DNA of 64,000 nt from Escherichia coli (lineage in GTDB: Bacteria > Pseudomonadota > Gammaproteobacteria > Enterobacterales > Enterobacteriaceae), in assembly GCA_902500055.1 (NCBI GenBank), contig GCA_902500055.1_4131.1. The stretch is one strand, 5' to 3'. Every line of letters begins with the position of its first letter. The first letter of the stretch is position 1. The position numbers and the translations under genes are program-made. Below the pieces are notes generated by a model. It was given only the letters and a program-made list of their open reading frames with translations, ran no database searches and was not told the DNA's origin. Below are positions 26,402 through 36,585 of the stretch, piece by piece.

Positions 26402-28651
26402 ATGGCAGATTTACGAAGTACAGTTGATAATTTTCAAAATGATATTACAAGTATTACTGGTAAGGCTAAAACCACCACATCTAATGCACTTGATAGTTTG
26501 AAAGCTACAGCAAATACATTACAAAATGATGTGAAAACTATTACAAAAAATAATTACAAAGCAAATGTAAGTAATGTAGTATCATTACCAAAACAAAGTG
26601 CTAGTGTTGATCAAGTTTATGAAGATCTAGATTTAAGTCAGTTTGTAATACCGTATGACAATAAATTATTGAAATATGATAATCCAACATGGCACTTTTG
26701 TTTATTTGCCTTAGATAAAGATGATTTTAAAAACTTTTGGCTTTACCCAGATGCAGAAGTGCAACGACATGTGATATCAGAAAGTGGTGTTACTGGCAAA
26801 TATAATATCACTAGTGTACAAATGACACAAGCTGGACCTTCAACACCAGGAATGACAACAAACTATTGTTTTAATACAGCAGTACTTAATATGTCTGAAA
26901 ATAATAGTATGAGTCTTTATGATGAATTAATTTCGTTAAGTAACAAACTTAGATATCATAAATTTATGGACTTGCCATTGATCTTGGAATTAAAGTTTAT
27001 TGGCTTTAATAAAAATGGAATACCTGAAATTATCCCAGAAACAACAAGACGCTGGTCAGTTAAAATTAATAGTGTTACTGCAAGTGCTTCACAAAGTGGT
27101 AGTACTATGATGTATACTATGAACTTAGTTCATAATAGAGCAGCTTTAGTTGATAACATTGAATGGACCTTAAAAGAACCATTCAATTGTACTGCTGAAA
27201 ACTTTGGTGACTTCTGCTTTGATTTAGAAGATAAATTAAATCAGATGGCTGACCAACAATATGGTTATCTTAGATATAAATTTGGTGAATTATCCGAAGG
27301 TAAATTTTTCGAATTTAAAGTAGCACCTGATTTGCAAGATTTGTTTATAAACTATGATTCTAAACAAATGGCAGAGGCCGGAACAACTAAAAGTGGTGCA
27401 CAAGGTTCTAAAAACTTTTCATGGAACCCAAGTACTCCTATATCTCGAATTATTGATGACGTTATTGATACATGTACTGTACAAGCCGATGATAGTACTA
27501 GTGTGCGTCAATTTGTAAACATTATACCAGTTAAACAATACGTTGGTTTTGATAATTATCGTAATACTTCTGTTTATAAAGTAATTTTTTATATTGTTAG
27601 ATTTAAAATAGGTGATATTGTTCATGAATCGGATTTACAACCTGAAAATTTCACATTTGAGTACTTTTTCGAGAACGCAGAAAAATACGTAGATCCTAAT
27701 GATCAAAAACCAAAAATAAACATGAAAACTTATAATTATCAATTTAGTGGGCTTAATAGTGAGATACTTGATTTGGATTTGAAATTCGATCAGCAATTTT
27801 TCGTAGCCACTACACGTAACCCTGGTCCGATACAAGATGTAGCGAACCATGCAGGTACACATACATCCCAAGAACTCAATATTCAAGGTGTACAATACAA
27901 TAGTATACCAGACGCATGGGCAAAAACAAGTGATTTACGTGTAACTCGTGATTTAGGAGGGATGTTAACACAAGCCCAACAACAATTGTTAACTGAAGTT
28001 GAAACTTTAGCAAAAAATCAAATGCAGGTTGGTAACGCAGAAGAACAAGACCGTTATAATAACTATCAAGTCAATGTTTTACCTCAATATATTGAGGATT
28101 ATGTAACCACTTATGAAGAAAACGATGGCGGTACTGATGGTGTTGGTCACCGTTATGGTGAAGTGTTCACAATGCCAACCGAAGCAACTAACAATGAAAC
28201 AACTTTATCCGCTTCGTTAAACGATAACAGCAGCACATATGAAATGGATAGACGTAAAATACGTGACAACTATTACAATAGACCTTTTTTGTGTAAACTC
28301 GATATGCGTGTAGTAGGCGACCCGTACTGGTTAGGGTGGAGTGATTACTCTTACTTACAATATCTAGAACAAGTAATTAATGGTGAAGATATGGAAATTA
28401 ACCCAGATGATTATCATGTAGCAAATTATATAACATCTGAAGCGTATCTATTACTGAAATTACAACCAGTAATATCAATAAATGATAACACTGGTGTTTT
28501 GGATATTAATACACCAACCACATTTAACCAAACAATTTATCGTGTTAATAAAATTGTTCATGATTTTGGTGCAGGTGGTTCTTTTACACAACAAATTCAA
28601 GCTGCAATTGTAATTCGTGCACTCAAACGTCACGATAGTATAGTTGATTAA
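26402..28651 (+). CDS. large baseplate protein (possible hub component)
   Basis: 749-aa ORF immediately upstream of the gp5-like spike gene; RBS GGAG; function is positional inference. Confidence 0.3.
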   Translation: MADLRSTVDNFQNDITSITGKAKTTTSNALDSLKATANTLQNDVKTITKNNYKANVSNVVSLPKQSASVDQVYEDLDLSQFVIPYDNKLLKYDNPTWHFCLFALDKDDFKNFWLYPDAEVQRHVISESGVTGKYNITSVQMTQAGPSTPGMTTNYCFNTAVLNMSENNSMSLYDELISLSNKLRYHKFMDLPLILELKFIGFNKNGIPEIIPETTRRWSVKINSVTASASQSGSTMMYTMNLVHNRAALVDNIEWTLKEPFNCTAENFGDFCFDLEDKLNQMADQQYGYLRYKFGELSEGKFFEFKVAPDLQDLFINYDSKQMAEAGTTKSGAQGSKNFSWNPSTPISRIIDDVIDTCTVQADDSTSVRQFVNIIPVKQYVGFDNYRNTSVYKVIFYIVRFKIGDIVHESDLQPENFTFEYFFENAEKYVDPNDQKPKINMKTYNYQFSGLNSEILDLDLKFDQQFFVATTRNPGPIQDVANHAGTHTSQELNIQGVQYNSIPDAWAKTSDLRVTRDLGGMLTQAQQQLLTEVETLAKNQMQVGNAEEQDRYNNYQVNVLPQYIEDYVTTYEENDGGTDGVGHRYGEVFTMPTEATNNETTLSASLNDNSSTYEMDRRKIRDNYYNRPFLCKLDMRVVGDPYWLGWSDYSYLQYLEQVINGEDMEINPDDYHVANYITSEAYLLLKLQPVISINDNTGVLDINTPTTFNQTIYRVNKIVHDFGAGGSFTQQIQAAIVIRALKRHDSIVD

Positions 28652-28664
28652 GGAATAAAATATT

Positions 28665-31328
28665 ATGGCAGATACAAGTAAAAAGTATGCACAACAGCAG
28701 TTGGGTCGTTTTGACCCATCTTATCCGCAGTTAGCAACTGTTATGGATAACAGAGATCCAACTAAATCAGGAAAACTGAAAGTTTGGATACAAGGTTCTC
28801 AAAGTGATAAAAACTCAAAAGAATCATGGATAGAAGCATCTTACATGTCTCCTTTTGCTGGCAAAACACCAGGTATTCCAAGTGCTGATGCATATGGTCA
28901 ATATCCAAAAGGATATGGTTTTTGGGCAGTACCACCAGATGTAGGGTGTACAGTTGTTGTAATTTTTGCACAAGCCCGTACATTCCAAGCATATTGGATT
29001 GGTTGTGTATATGACCAGCGTATGAATACTATGGTTCCTGGTATGGCAACTGAAGTAAGTAATTATGGTGGAACTGATATGCCACTTCCTGTTACTGACT
29101 ATGATCGTAACACTATCACTACCGATATGCAAGACAAATATGCTAACGTTCCAATTATCGCAGGTCTTAAAAAGCAAAACCTTTTATATGACGAAGAAGC
29201 TGGGTTGGCGAATCGTAGTAGTACTCGTCAAACCACCAGTACTGTATATGGTATGTCTTCGCCACGTGGTAATAGTTTTATTATTGATGATGGATATACT
29301 GAAGAGGAATTAACAGCACCAACGTGGGATCAAGACCCAGATGGATATCAAGATACACAATTTAATAACCCAGTAAACGATACACGTGTTGGTTCTCGTA
29401 AAAATGAAGGTGTCGTAATAAAAACACGTAGTGGTGCACAACTTCTTTTATCAGAAGCTACTGGTGATGTTCTTTTAATTAACCGTGATGGCACTGCACG
29501 TATAAAATTCACTGGTGAAGGTGATATTGACATGCACTGTGATAAGAATATTAATATTCGTGCTGGTCAAGATATTAATATTACTGCTGGACGTTCATAT
29601 AATATTGAAACCGGACAAGATTTCAATGCACGAGTTGGTGCAAATACTAAATTAGATCTAATTGGTGCTCTTGATGCAAAAGTTGGTGGTCAAGTTGTTG
29701 TTAATTCTGGGGCAGACCTTCGTTTAGTTACTGCTGCATCATTACGTATGCAAAGTGGTAGCAGTACTGATATTACGGCTGGTTCAAATGCTTCTATTTC
29801 TGCCGCAACATCTGCAAACCTAATTGGATCATCATCAGCAATTATTAGTGGTGGTGGTCAAACATTAACAGTTAATAGTGGTGGTAATAGCGGTACTGCT
29901 GAATTTACTGCACCAAACTTTAGAACACCATCTGCTGGTCTTAATGAACACATTCATGATATTGCTGCATGGGTTAACGCTGAAAATCATGGTAGTTATG
30001 TTGAACCACCAAGACAAGGTGGTGGAAGTGGTTCTAGTGAATCACCAGTACAACCACAACCAGCAAATGATGTATCACCAGAATTACCCGTAGCACAAGA
30101 CACTGAAGCTGTTCAGTTTGTTAACTATACATCAGAAACTGAACAAGTTCAATCACAAGATTTGATGACATCTGATCCTGGGATGACTGGATATAGTATT
30201 ACATATGAAGGTTTACATATGTTAATGCCATGTAGCGGTACTATTCGCCAATATGGTTATTGGGGGAAAGGTGTTCCAACACAAAGTGGTGGGAAGTCAG
30301 ATCGTTCTGGATGGGAAATACAATGTAAAGGTGATGTAGTTGCACCAGATGGTGGTGTGGTAGTAATTACTAATGGTGCTCTTTTAATACAACATAAGTC
30401 TGGATATAAATCTATTTTTTATAATATTCAATCTGATTTATTAAACAAAGATGTTGTTCAAAAAGGTCAAGTTGTTGGAAAAGCAAATGGTGTCATACAG
30501 TTTGAAATTCGTGTTACATCAGCAAATGTTCTTGGATTCAGTGGTTCTGTTGACCCAGGATTATTTTATGCTTCACAAACAGGAACAGGGTCTGATGCGG
30601 CGAATAAAACATTAATTGGTGGTCAAGCAACTAATCAATCTGCTCCAAAAGCAGTTGTACAACCTTCAGTTGATAGTGATGAATTGGTAGTTACAACAAA
30701 AATCAAAACGATAGGTACTGGATATTCTCAACGTGGTTCTCGTCATGTGCCTCGTAGGAGAAGAACACAGAGAAGTGGAGCTTCAACAACTCCGGTGGAG
30801 CAACCTACCTATAATATTGGAAATGTTGATAAAACTGCAATCGATTGGAAAGTTGTTCCAGGTGATGCACAGTTTATTTCTGAATTAAAAGAATATGAAG
30901 GTACATTACAATACCAACAAGCAAAAGGATATTATCGTAATGGTAAATTCTGGCGTTATTTGGATAGTCGTGGGTATCCAACTATTGGTTATGGTCACTT
31001 GATTATTAGTGGTGAAAACTTTTCAGATGGAATAACTGAACAGCAAGCCAACGATATGTTAGTTCGTGATAGTAGTAAAGCAATTTATGATGCCAAATCA
31101 ATTTATGCATCATATAACATGAAAACTCCTTATCTTGCTCAACAAGTACTATGCCAAATGGTATTTCAGATGGGTAAAGGTGGTGTATTGAAATTTAAAA
31201 CTATGTTATCAGAAATGGCAAAAGGTAATTACAAACAAGCAGCGGCACAAATCCGTAATTCTGCTTGGTATCGCCAAACTACACGCCGTGCGGAGTTAAT
31301 GGCTCGTCGTTTGGAGGCATGTCAATAA
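28665..31328 (+). CDS. 5: baseplate central spike protein (gp5-like) with C-terminal T4-type lysozyme (GH24) domain
   Basis: C-terminal ~150 aa (YEGTLQYQQAKGYYRNGKFWRYLDSRGYPTIGYGHLI ... MVFQMGKGGVLKFKTML ... SAWYRQTTRRAELM) parallels T4 lysozyme ([23 protein letters not shown] ... MVFQMGETGVAGF ... SRWYNQTPNRAKRV); central region has beta-helix-like repeats (NINIRAGQDINITAGRSYNIETGQDFNARVGA...). Confidence 0.75.
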   Translation: MADTSKKYAQQQLGRFDPSYPQLATVMDNRDPTKSGKLKVWIQGSQSDKNSKESWIEASYMSPFAGKTPGIPSADAYGQYPKGYGFWAVPPDVGCTVVVIFAQARTFQAYWIGCVYDQRMNTMVPGMATEVSNYGGTDMPLPVTDYDRNTITTDMQDKYANVPIIAGLKKQNLLYDEEAGLANRSSTRQTTSTVYGMSSPRGNSFIIDDGYTEEELTAPTWDQDPDGYQDTQFNNPVNDTRVGSRKNEGVVIKTRSGAQLLLSEATGDVLLINRDGTARIKFTGEGDIDMHCDKNINIRAGQDINITAGRSYNIETGQDFNARVGANTKLDLIGALDAKVGGQVVVNSGADLRLVTAASLRMQSGSSTDITAGSNASISAATSANLIGSSSAIISGGGQTLTVNSGGNSGTAEFTAPNFRTPSAGLNEHIHDIAAWVNAENHGSYVEPPRQGGGSGSSESPVQPQPANDVSPELPVAQDTEAVQFVNYTSETEQVQSQDLMTSDPGMTGYSITYEGLHMLMPCSGTIRQYGYWGKGVPTQSGGKSDRSGWEIQCKGDVVAPDGGVVVITNGALLIQHKSGYKSIFYNIQSDLLNKDVVQKGQVVGKANGVIQFEIRVTSANVLGFSGSVDPGLFYASQTGTGSDAANKTLIGGQATNQSAPKAVVQPSVDSDELVVTTKIKTIGTGYSQRGSRHVPRRRRTQRSGASTTPVEQPTYNIGNVDKTAIDWKVVPGDAQFISELKEYEGTLQYQQAKGYYRNGKFWRYLDSRGYPTIGYGHLIISGENFSDGITEQQANDMLVRDSSKAIYDAKSIYASYNMKTPYLAQQVLCQMVFQMGKGGVLKFKTMLSEMAKGNYKQAAAQIRNSAWYRQTTRRAELMARRLEACQ

Positions 31329-31340
31329 ATATTTTAGCAC

Positions 31341-31348
31341 TATAAATA
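31341..31348 (+). promoter_or_regulatory. T4-type late promoter TATAAATA upstream of lysozyme gene
   Basis: Exact TATAAATA 17 nt upstream of ATG 31365. Confidence 0.5.
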
Positions 31349-31364
31349 AAACGAGGATATCTTT

Positions 31365-31853
31365 ATGAGTAAATGGGAAATTAAAAATACAGATGAGCAA
31401 TTTTTTAAGGAAATTAAAGAATTTGAAGGAACTATTGCTTATCAGAAAAAACTTGGTTATTTTAAAAATGATAAGTTTTGGGTATATAAAGACAGTTTAG
31501 GTCTTGATACTATTGGTTATGGTCATCTAGTTCTTCCTGGTGAAAATTTCAAGAATGGTTTGACCGAAGCTCAAGCTGACCAACTTCTTCTCAAAGATGC
31601 TCAAACTGCGTACAATGATGCAAAATCAATTTATGAACAATTCGGTATGACTGCACCAGTACAGGTACAACGTGTATTATGGTTAATGGTATTCCAAATG
31701 GGAAAAACCAAAGTTTTGAAATTTAAAAAAGCAATGACCGCATTAGGTAAAGCTGATTACAAAACTGCTGGTAAAGAATTGCGTGATAGTACATGGTATA
31801 AACAAACCACTTCACGAGCGGAAAAGATGGCACGTATCGTTGAATCCGTATAA
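31365..31853 (+). CDS. e: T4-type lysozyme / endolysin (glycoside hydrolase family 24)
   Basis: 162 aa; EGTIAYQKKLGYFKNDKFWVYKDSLGLDTIGYGHLV, MVFQMGKTKVLKFKKAM and STWYKQTTSRAEKM match the T4 lysozyme catalytic and core motifs; RBS GAGGA. Confidence 0.85.
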   Translation: MSKWEIKNTDEQFFKEIKEFEGTIAYQKKLGYFKNDKFWVYKDSLGLDTIGYGHLVLPGENFKNGLTEAQADQLLLKDAQTAYNDAKSIYEQFGMTAPVQVQRVLWLMVFQMGKTKVLKFKKAMTALGKADYKTAGKELRDSTWYKQTTSRAEKMARIVESV

Positions 31854-31868
31854 TAAAGGAAATAGACA

Positions 31869-32264
31869 ATGGCAGTTGTTTTTAAAGGGTTTTCTACCCC
31901 TGTAGTTGGTAGAACTGAAACATTGTATGATAGTGAATTGGTTCGCCAAGATTTAATGAATCATTTCAATACAAAAAAAGGTGAACGAGCATTTGATGCT
32001 GACTATGGGTTTATTGCATGGGATTTGCTATTTGAATTGGAAGGTTATAATACTATCAACCTTTTAGAAGCAGATGCCCGTAGAATAATTAGCTTAGACC
32101 CACGTTTAAATCTTAAAAAATTACAAATTTCAAGAATAGAATATGGATACCAAATGAATATTGTATTACAGTACGTAGTATTGGACACATTAGAAGAACT
32201 TACTATAGTATTTGATGCAAGAAGTAATAATCGAATGGCAACATATTCAGTTTCGTCTTTATAA
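31869..32264 (+). CDS. 25: baseplate wedge protein gp25-like (GPW/gp25 family)
   Basis: KGERAFDADYGFIAWDLLFE resembles T4 gp25 KGSRPFDPEFGCDLSDQLFE; size 131 aa versus 132 aa. Confidence 0.6.
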   Translation: MAVVFKGFSTPVVGRTETLYDSELVRQDLMNHFNTKKGERAFDADYGFIAWDLLFELEGYNTINLLEADARRIISLDPRLNLKKLQISRIEYGYQMNIVLQYVVLDTLEELTIVFDARSNNRMATYSVSSL

Positions 32265-32270
32265 TTATAA

Positions 32271-32298
32271 AAGCACTCTTCGGAGTGCTTTTCTTTTT
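32271..32298 (+). terminator. rho-independent terminator (AAGCACTC-ttcg-GAGTGCTT + T-run)
   Basis: Perfect 8-bp stem with tetraloop followed by TTCTTTTT, just after the gp25-like gene. Confidence 0.65.
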
Positions 32299-32333
32299 GA
32301 ATAAATATTTCTATATAAATCATGGAGTGATGT

Positions 32334-33041
32334 ATGAAAAGATATTATGGTTTCATTTATCAATGGGAAGATTGTTCCAATGGTATAAAATATATAGGTT
32401 CTCATTATGGAACAACTGATGACAAGTACGTGTCTTCTAATATTATAGTTAATCGCATTTATAAGAGTAGACCCCTTGATTTATCAAGAGTCGTTTTGGA
32501 ATATATTATTGTTAATGATAAGAATTTTTTATTGGAAAGAGAACAAAAATACTTAGATTTAATACTTCCGTCTGAATTGTATACTAGTACCAATAGAAAA
32601 AACAAAACCGTAAAATATTACAACATGAAAAAGAATGCATGTGGTGGTAACGGTGGTATTGGAAGTAATGGTATATTGAAAAATAAAATAAAATATTTTA
32701 ATAAAAATACTTTAGAACAGAAATTCTTTCATTATAATGATGACATATCGGATGATTGGATTAAAGGTGTACCCCCATCTAAGGTTAGTTGTTCAGGTAG
32801 TATTTGGTATCTAAATATACATACTGGAGAAAATAAAAGATTTAGACATAACCCTGGTATAGATTGGATTGAAGGAAAACGCAATACTTCAACAACACCA
32901 AAAAAGGTAAGCACACCATATGGGATTTTCGAAAGTGCATCTGAATGTAGTAGACAAACTGGAATAAAACAAGGAACTGTATCATTTAGGTGTCGTTCCA
33001 AATCAACTAATATGACAAATTGGTTTTATATAGAGGAATAA
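32334..33041 (+). CDS. GIY-YIG homing endonuclease (Seg-like)
   Basis: N-terminal YYGFIYQWEDCSNGIKYIGSHYG is a GIY-YIG motif; basic C-terminal half resembles the DNA-binding region of Seg endonucleases; inserted between gp25-like and gp6-like genes. Confidence 0.6.
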   Translation: MKRYYGFIYQWEDCSNGIKYIGSHYGTTDDKYVSSNIIVNRIYKSRPLDLSRVVLEYIIVNDKNFLLEREQKYLDLILPSELYTSTNRKNKTVKYYNMKKNACGGNGGIGSNGILKNKIKYFNKNTLEQKFFHYNDDISDDWIKGVPPSKVSCSGSIWYLNIHTGENKRFRHNPGIDWIEGKRNTSTTPKKVSTPYGIFESASECSRQTGIKQGTVSFRCRSKSTNMTNWFYIEE

Positions 33042-33044
33042 ATT

Positions 33045-36000
33045 ATGTCACAACAAAAAAGACAGTCTAATTTATATAGTGGTGAGGATTGGACCCAGGT
33101 ATATGAAAGTTTTTATAAGATCAATCTCACTGCATTTGATTTTGACACTATTCGTCAAAGTATGATTGATTATCTACGTGCAACTTACCCAGATTCATTT
33201 AACGACTGGATCGAAAACGATCAGTTTATTTTTATTTTAGATACGATTTCTATGCTAGGACAGAACTTGGCATTTCGTATGGATTTGAACACGCGTGAAA
33301 ACTTTTTAGATACTGCAACTCGTCGTGCGTCAGTACTAAAACTAGCTAAAATGATTTCTTACTCACCACGCCGCTCATATCCAGGTCGTGCAGTTGCTAA
33401 ATTAACCGAAATTAAAACAAACCAAGATGTTCGTAATAGTTTTAATGAATCATTAAAAGATAAAATCATTCGTTGGAATGACCCGATGGATGCTAACTGG
33501 TATGAAAACTTTATTCTAGTAATGAACAGTTCATTTGTCAGTACTAACCAATTTGGTAATCCAGTCAAGCGTATTGATGTTAATGGTGTCTCCCGCCAAC
33601 TATATCGAATGAACACCATCCCAATGACAGCACCCAGTATTCCATTTGTTGCAACTGTCAATGGTGAATCTATGACATTTGAAGTAGTGAATCCTGATAT
33701 TACGTCTGTTGGTGTTGAAGAACGACATCCAGAACCACAAGAGCAAAAATATATTGTTTATCAAAATGATGGTAATGGATTTAGCTCACCAAATACTGGG
33801 TTTTTTGTATATTTCGTACAAGGTACATTGACATATCAAGATTATCAATATGCTATCCGTGAAGAGAACCGTATACAAGATATTAACGTTGATAATATCA
33901 ACGAAACTGATGTATGGGTTCAAGAAATAAATGAAGATGGTATTGTTCGTACCAAATGGACAAAAGTTCCATCAATGGAAAGTATTGCATATAACACTGT
34001 TAATCGTCAATTAAAAACAATTTTTGCTGTTACTACTCGTGATAAAGACCAAATAACAATTAAGTACCCAGACTCAAGAAGTGGTGTTGTTCCCCGTGGG
34101 ACGTTCCGTGTATGGTATCGTGTTAGTAATGGTAAAACATATAACATTAAAACTTCTGAAATTCAAAATAAAAGCGTAAAATATACATATCGTACAAAAA
34201 CACAGTCAAGTTATGAATCTAGTACATTGGATATACGTTTTTCATTACAATATGAGTCCGACCGTGCACAAAGTGCAGAGACTATTGAGCAGATTAAAGC
34301 ACGTGCACCACAAATGTACTATACACAAAACCGTTTTGTCAATGGTGAAGATTATAATATTGCACCACTTAGTTTAGGCAATACTGTACTTAAATCTAAA
34401 GCTATTAATAGAATTTATAGTGGACAATCAAGATTTATTGATATTAATGATCCTACTGGTAAGTATCAAAATACCGATGTTTTTAGTGATGATGGTGCAT
34501 TATATCAAGAAAACACACAATTTAATAGATCATTATTGCTACCAACTACAAAAACAAATGCTAGTATTGTTATTGACAATATTCAACCATTGATTGGTGA
34601 AAATGCGGTAATACAACGTTACCAAGCGTTTCCATCAAATACAATTGGTATTGAAATACAACAAGCATGGACTCCGGTATACAATTCAAATTATACAACT
34701 AACACATATGGTAGAATTTTGGGTTCATCTGGTACAGTTTATGGTTCATATCAGGTTGGTACTCTAATTAAATTTTCTAATTCTGGAACTACTATATGGG
34801 CTAGTGTAGTTAGTGTATTGGATAATGGATTTTATGTACTGAGTACATCGGTTCCAAGTGGAATGCAAGCCATAGAGTACATTTTACCATATAGAACTAG
34901 ATTTAACTCGGTTGAAGTTCAAGCAATTTCTGCTATGCTAGATAAAAAAACTGATTTTGTTATTGTACATGACAAAGAAACGACATCATGGGTTCCTATT
35001 GAAGTAAGTACCAATGATGATACTATTGTATATAATGGAAATGAAGTTTTAATTATAATTAATGTAAAATATACAGCAGAAACTTGGGAATTTGATGCTA
35101 ACGGTATTGAATATATTTTTGTGGGTGGAGAAAAAGTAAGATTTTACTTTGTATCATCTAAAAAAATTACTGATATTAGTACTGGTACAGTTCAAAGTGA
35201 TAAGATTGAAATTTTATCATCTAACACTACTAGTAGTAGTAATTCAGGATTGACAAGTAATATAGATTTTCAAATTTATGACACAATTCAACAAGAGAAT
35301 GGCTATCTAGATGGTTCTCGTGTTATTGTTACATCTAGGAAAGTAGATAGTAATGGTATACCATTGGAACCAAACCAATTTAAAGAAATTGTTCCTACTT
35401 GGACTGGAACCGATGCATTAAAATATGGTGGTATTTTGGTATTTCAGGAAAATAGTGATTTCACTATATCAGTACTGTCGTTACCAAATGATACCTTCAC
35501 ACTTCTTGATTCATCGTGGTCTTATACAATGGAACAAGCCTTGGCAGAGCCGAATGCATATAAAAGAACTGAATTTGTTAGAAATAACGCAATTCGTTCA
35601 ACCACATTGAGTGGATTATATAGTAAAGGTTCTGGATTTTTAGTTGGTTTTAACTATGATGGTAAATATTATTTTATTGAACAAACAGTTGGTAATAACA
35701 ATGATCGTTTAGGACAGCTAATTAGTAATTTAACTTATTCCGATGATACTGGCACTGTTAGTCCTGAATTGGCTTTTTATCGTGCAATTAATAACATGGG
35801 AACTAATGCTGACGAGAATCAGAAGCTAGATTATTATGGATACAAAGATGTTACTTCACAGTACACTGTTAAAACTAATGCACGTACTAGTATAGACTTC
35901 CATTGGAAACACTATGCACCTGACGACAATCGCATTGATCCTAGTAGAACAAACTTAATTGATATGTATGTATTAACCAATTCATATAAAACTGAAGTTG

Positions 36001-36506
36001 ACGTTTGGTTGAAAAATAATGCTGTTGGTAGTATTCCTAAACCACCAACATCGGTTGAATTAAAAGATATGTTCAAAGATGTTGAACAAAAAATAGTCAT
36101 TAGTGATAGTATCATTTGGCATAGTGCTGAGTACTTACCTTTATTTGGAAACAGTGCTGCTGAAGATTACAAAGCTGATTTTAAAGTAGTGAAATTACCA
36201 AACAGCACAATGAGTGATGATGAAATTCGTCAAAATGTCATAGCATTAACTAATGAATACTTCAATGTTGATAACTGGGATTTCGGTGAAAGTTTCTATT
36301 ATACTGATTTGTGTACTTACATACACTCACAGTTAGGTAGACATATTAGTACTATTGTTATAGTTGCACAAAATCCAAATTCAAAATTTGGTTCTCTATT
36401 TGAAATCCCTTCACGTTCAGACCAAATATTCTTGAGTACTGCATCTGTTGAAAATGTTCAAATTGTTAACTCACTAGCTAAAAGTAATATTAATATCGGT
36501 TCTTAA
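33045..36506 (+). CDS. 6: baseplate wedge protein, gp6-like (enlarged, 1153 aa)
   Basis: N-terminal region (IDYLRATYPDSFNDWIENDQFIFILDTISMLGQNLAFRMDLNTRENFLDTATRRASVLKLAKMISY) resembles T4 gp6 (IEWLNGQNEFLDYDFEGSRLNVLCDLLAYNTLYIQQFGNAAVYESFMRTANLRSSVVQAAQ). Confidence 0.5.
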   Translation: MSQQKRQSNLYSGEDWTQVYESFYKINLTAFDFDTIRQSMIDYLRATYPDSFNDWIENDQFIFILDTISMLGQNLAFRMDLNTRENFLDTATRRASVLKLAKMISYSPRRSYPGRAVAKLTEIKTNQDVRNSFNESLKDKIIRWNDPMDANWYENFILVMNSSFVSTNQFGNPVKRIDVNGVSRQLYRMNTIPMTAPSIPFVATVNGESMTFEVVNPDITSVGVEERHPEPQEQKYIVYQNDGNGFSSPNTGFFVYFVQGTLTYQDYQYAIREENRIQDINVDNINETDVWVQEINEDGIVRTKWTKVPSMESIAYNTVNRQLKTIFAVTTRDKDQITIKYPDSRSGVVPRGTFRVWYRVSNGKTYNIKTSEIQNKSVKYTYRTKTQSSYESSTLDIRFSLQYESDRAQSAETIEQIKARAPQMYYTQNRFVNGEDYNIAPLSLGNTVLKSKAINRIYSGQSRFIDINDPTGKYQNTDVFSDDGALYQENTQFNRSLLLPTTKTNASIVIDNIQPLIGENAVIQRYQAFPSNTIGIEIQQAWTPVYNSNYTTNTYGRILGSSGTVYGSYQVGTLIKFSNSGTTIWASVVSVLDNGFYVLSTSVPSGMQAIEYILPYRTRFNSVEVQAISAMLDKKTDFVIVHDKETTSWVPIEVSTNDDTIVYNGNEVLIIINVKYTAETWEFDANGIEYIFVGGEKVRFYFVSSKKITDISTGTVQSDKIEILSSNTTSSSNSGLTSNIDFQIYDTIQQENGYLDGSRVIVTSRKVDSNGIPLEPNQFKEIVPTWTGTDALKYGGILVFQENSDFTISVLSLPNDTFTLLDSSWSYTMEQALAEPNAYKRTEFVRNNAIRSTTLSGLYSKGSGFLVGFNYDGKYYFIEQTVGNNNDRLGQLISNLTYSDDTGTVSPELAFYRAINNMGTNADENQKLDYYGYKDVTSQYTVKTNARTSIDFHWKHYAPDDNRIDPSRTNLIDMYVLTNSYKTEVDVWLKNNAVGSIPKPPTSVELKDMFKDVEQKIVISDSIIWHSAEYLPLFGNSAAEDYKADFKVVKLPNSTMSDDEIRQNVIALTNEYFNVDNWDFGESFYYTDLCTYIHSQLGRHISTIVIVAQNPNSKFGSLFEIPSRSDQIFLSTASVENVQIVNSLAKSNINIGS

Positions 36507-36513
36507 TATAACG

Positions 36514-36537
36514 GGCGTTCTTCGGAACGCCTTTTTT
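36514..36537 (+). terminator. rho-independent terminator (GGCGTTC-ttcg-GAACGCC + T6)
   Basis: Perfect 7-bp stem with tetraloop followed by TTTTTT, after the gp6-like gene. Confidence 0.65.
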
Positions 36538-36585
36538 ATATCATAAATAAATCAAATGAATGAACGAATTATATGGAGTCCAAAA

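Noticed and set aside
36556-36585. Upstream ATG (36556) as start of the giant structural gene
   Set aside because: No Shine-Dalgarno sequence upstream, whereas ATG 36586 has GGAG at optimal spacing; the upstream ATG lies within the terminator-proximal AT-rich spacer.
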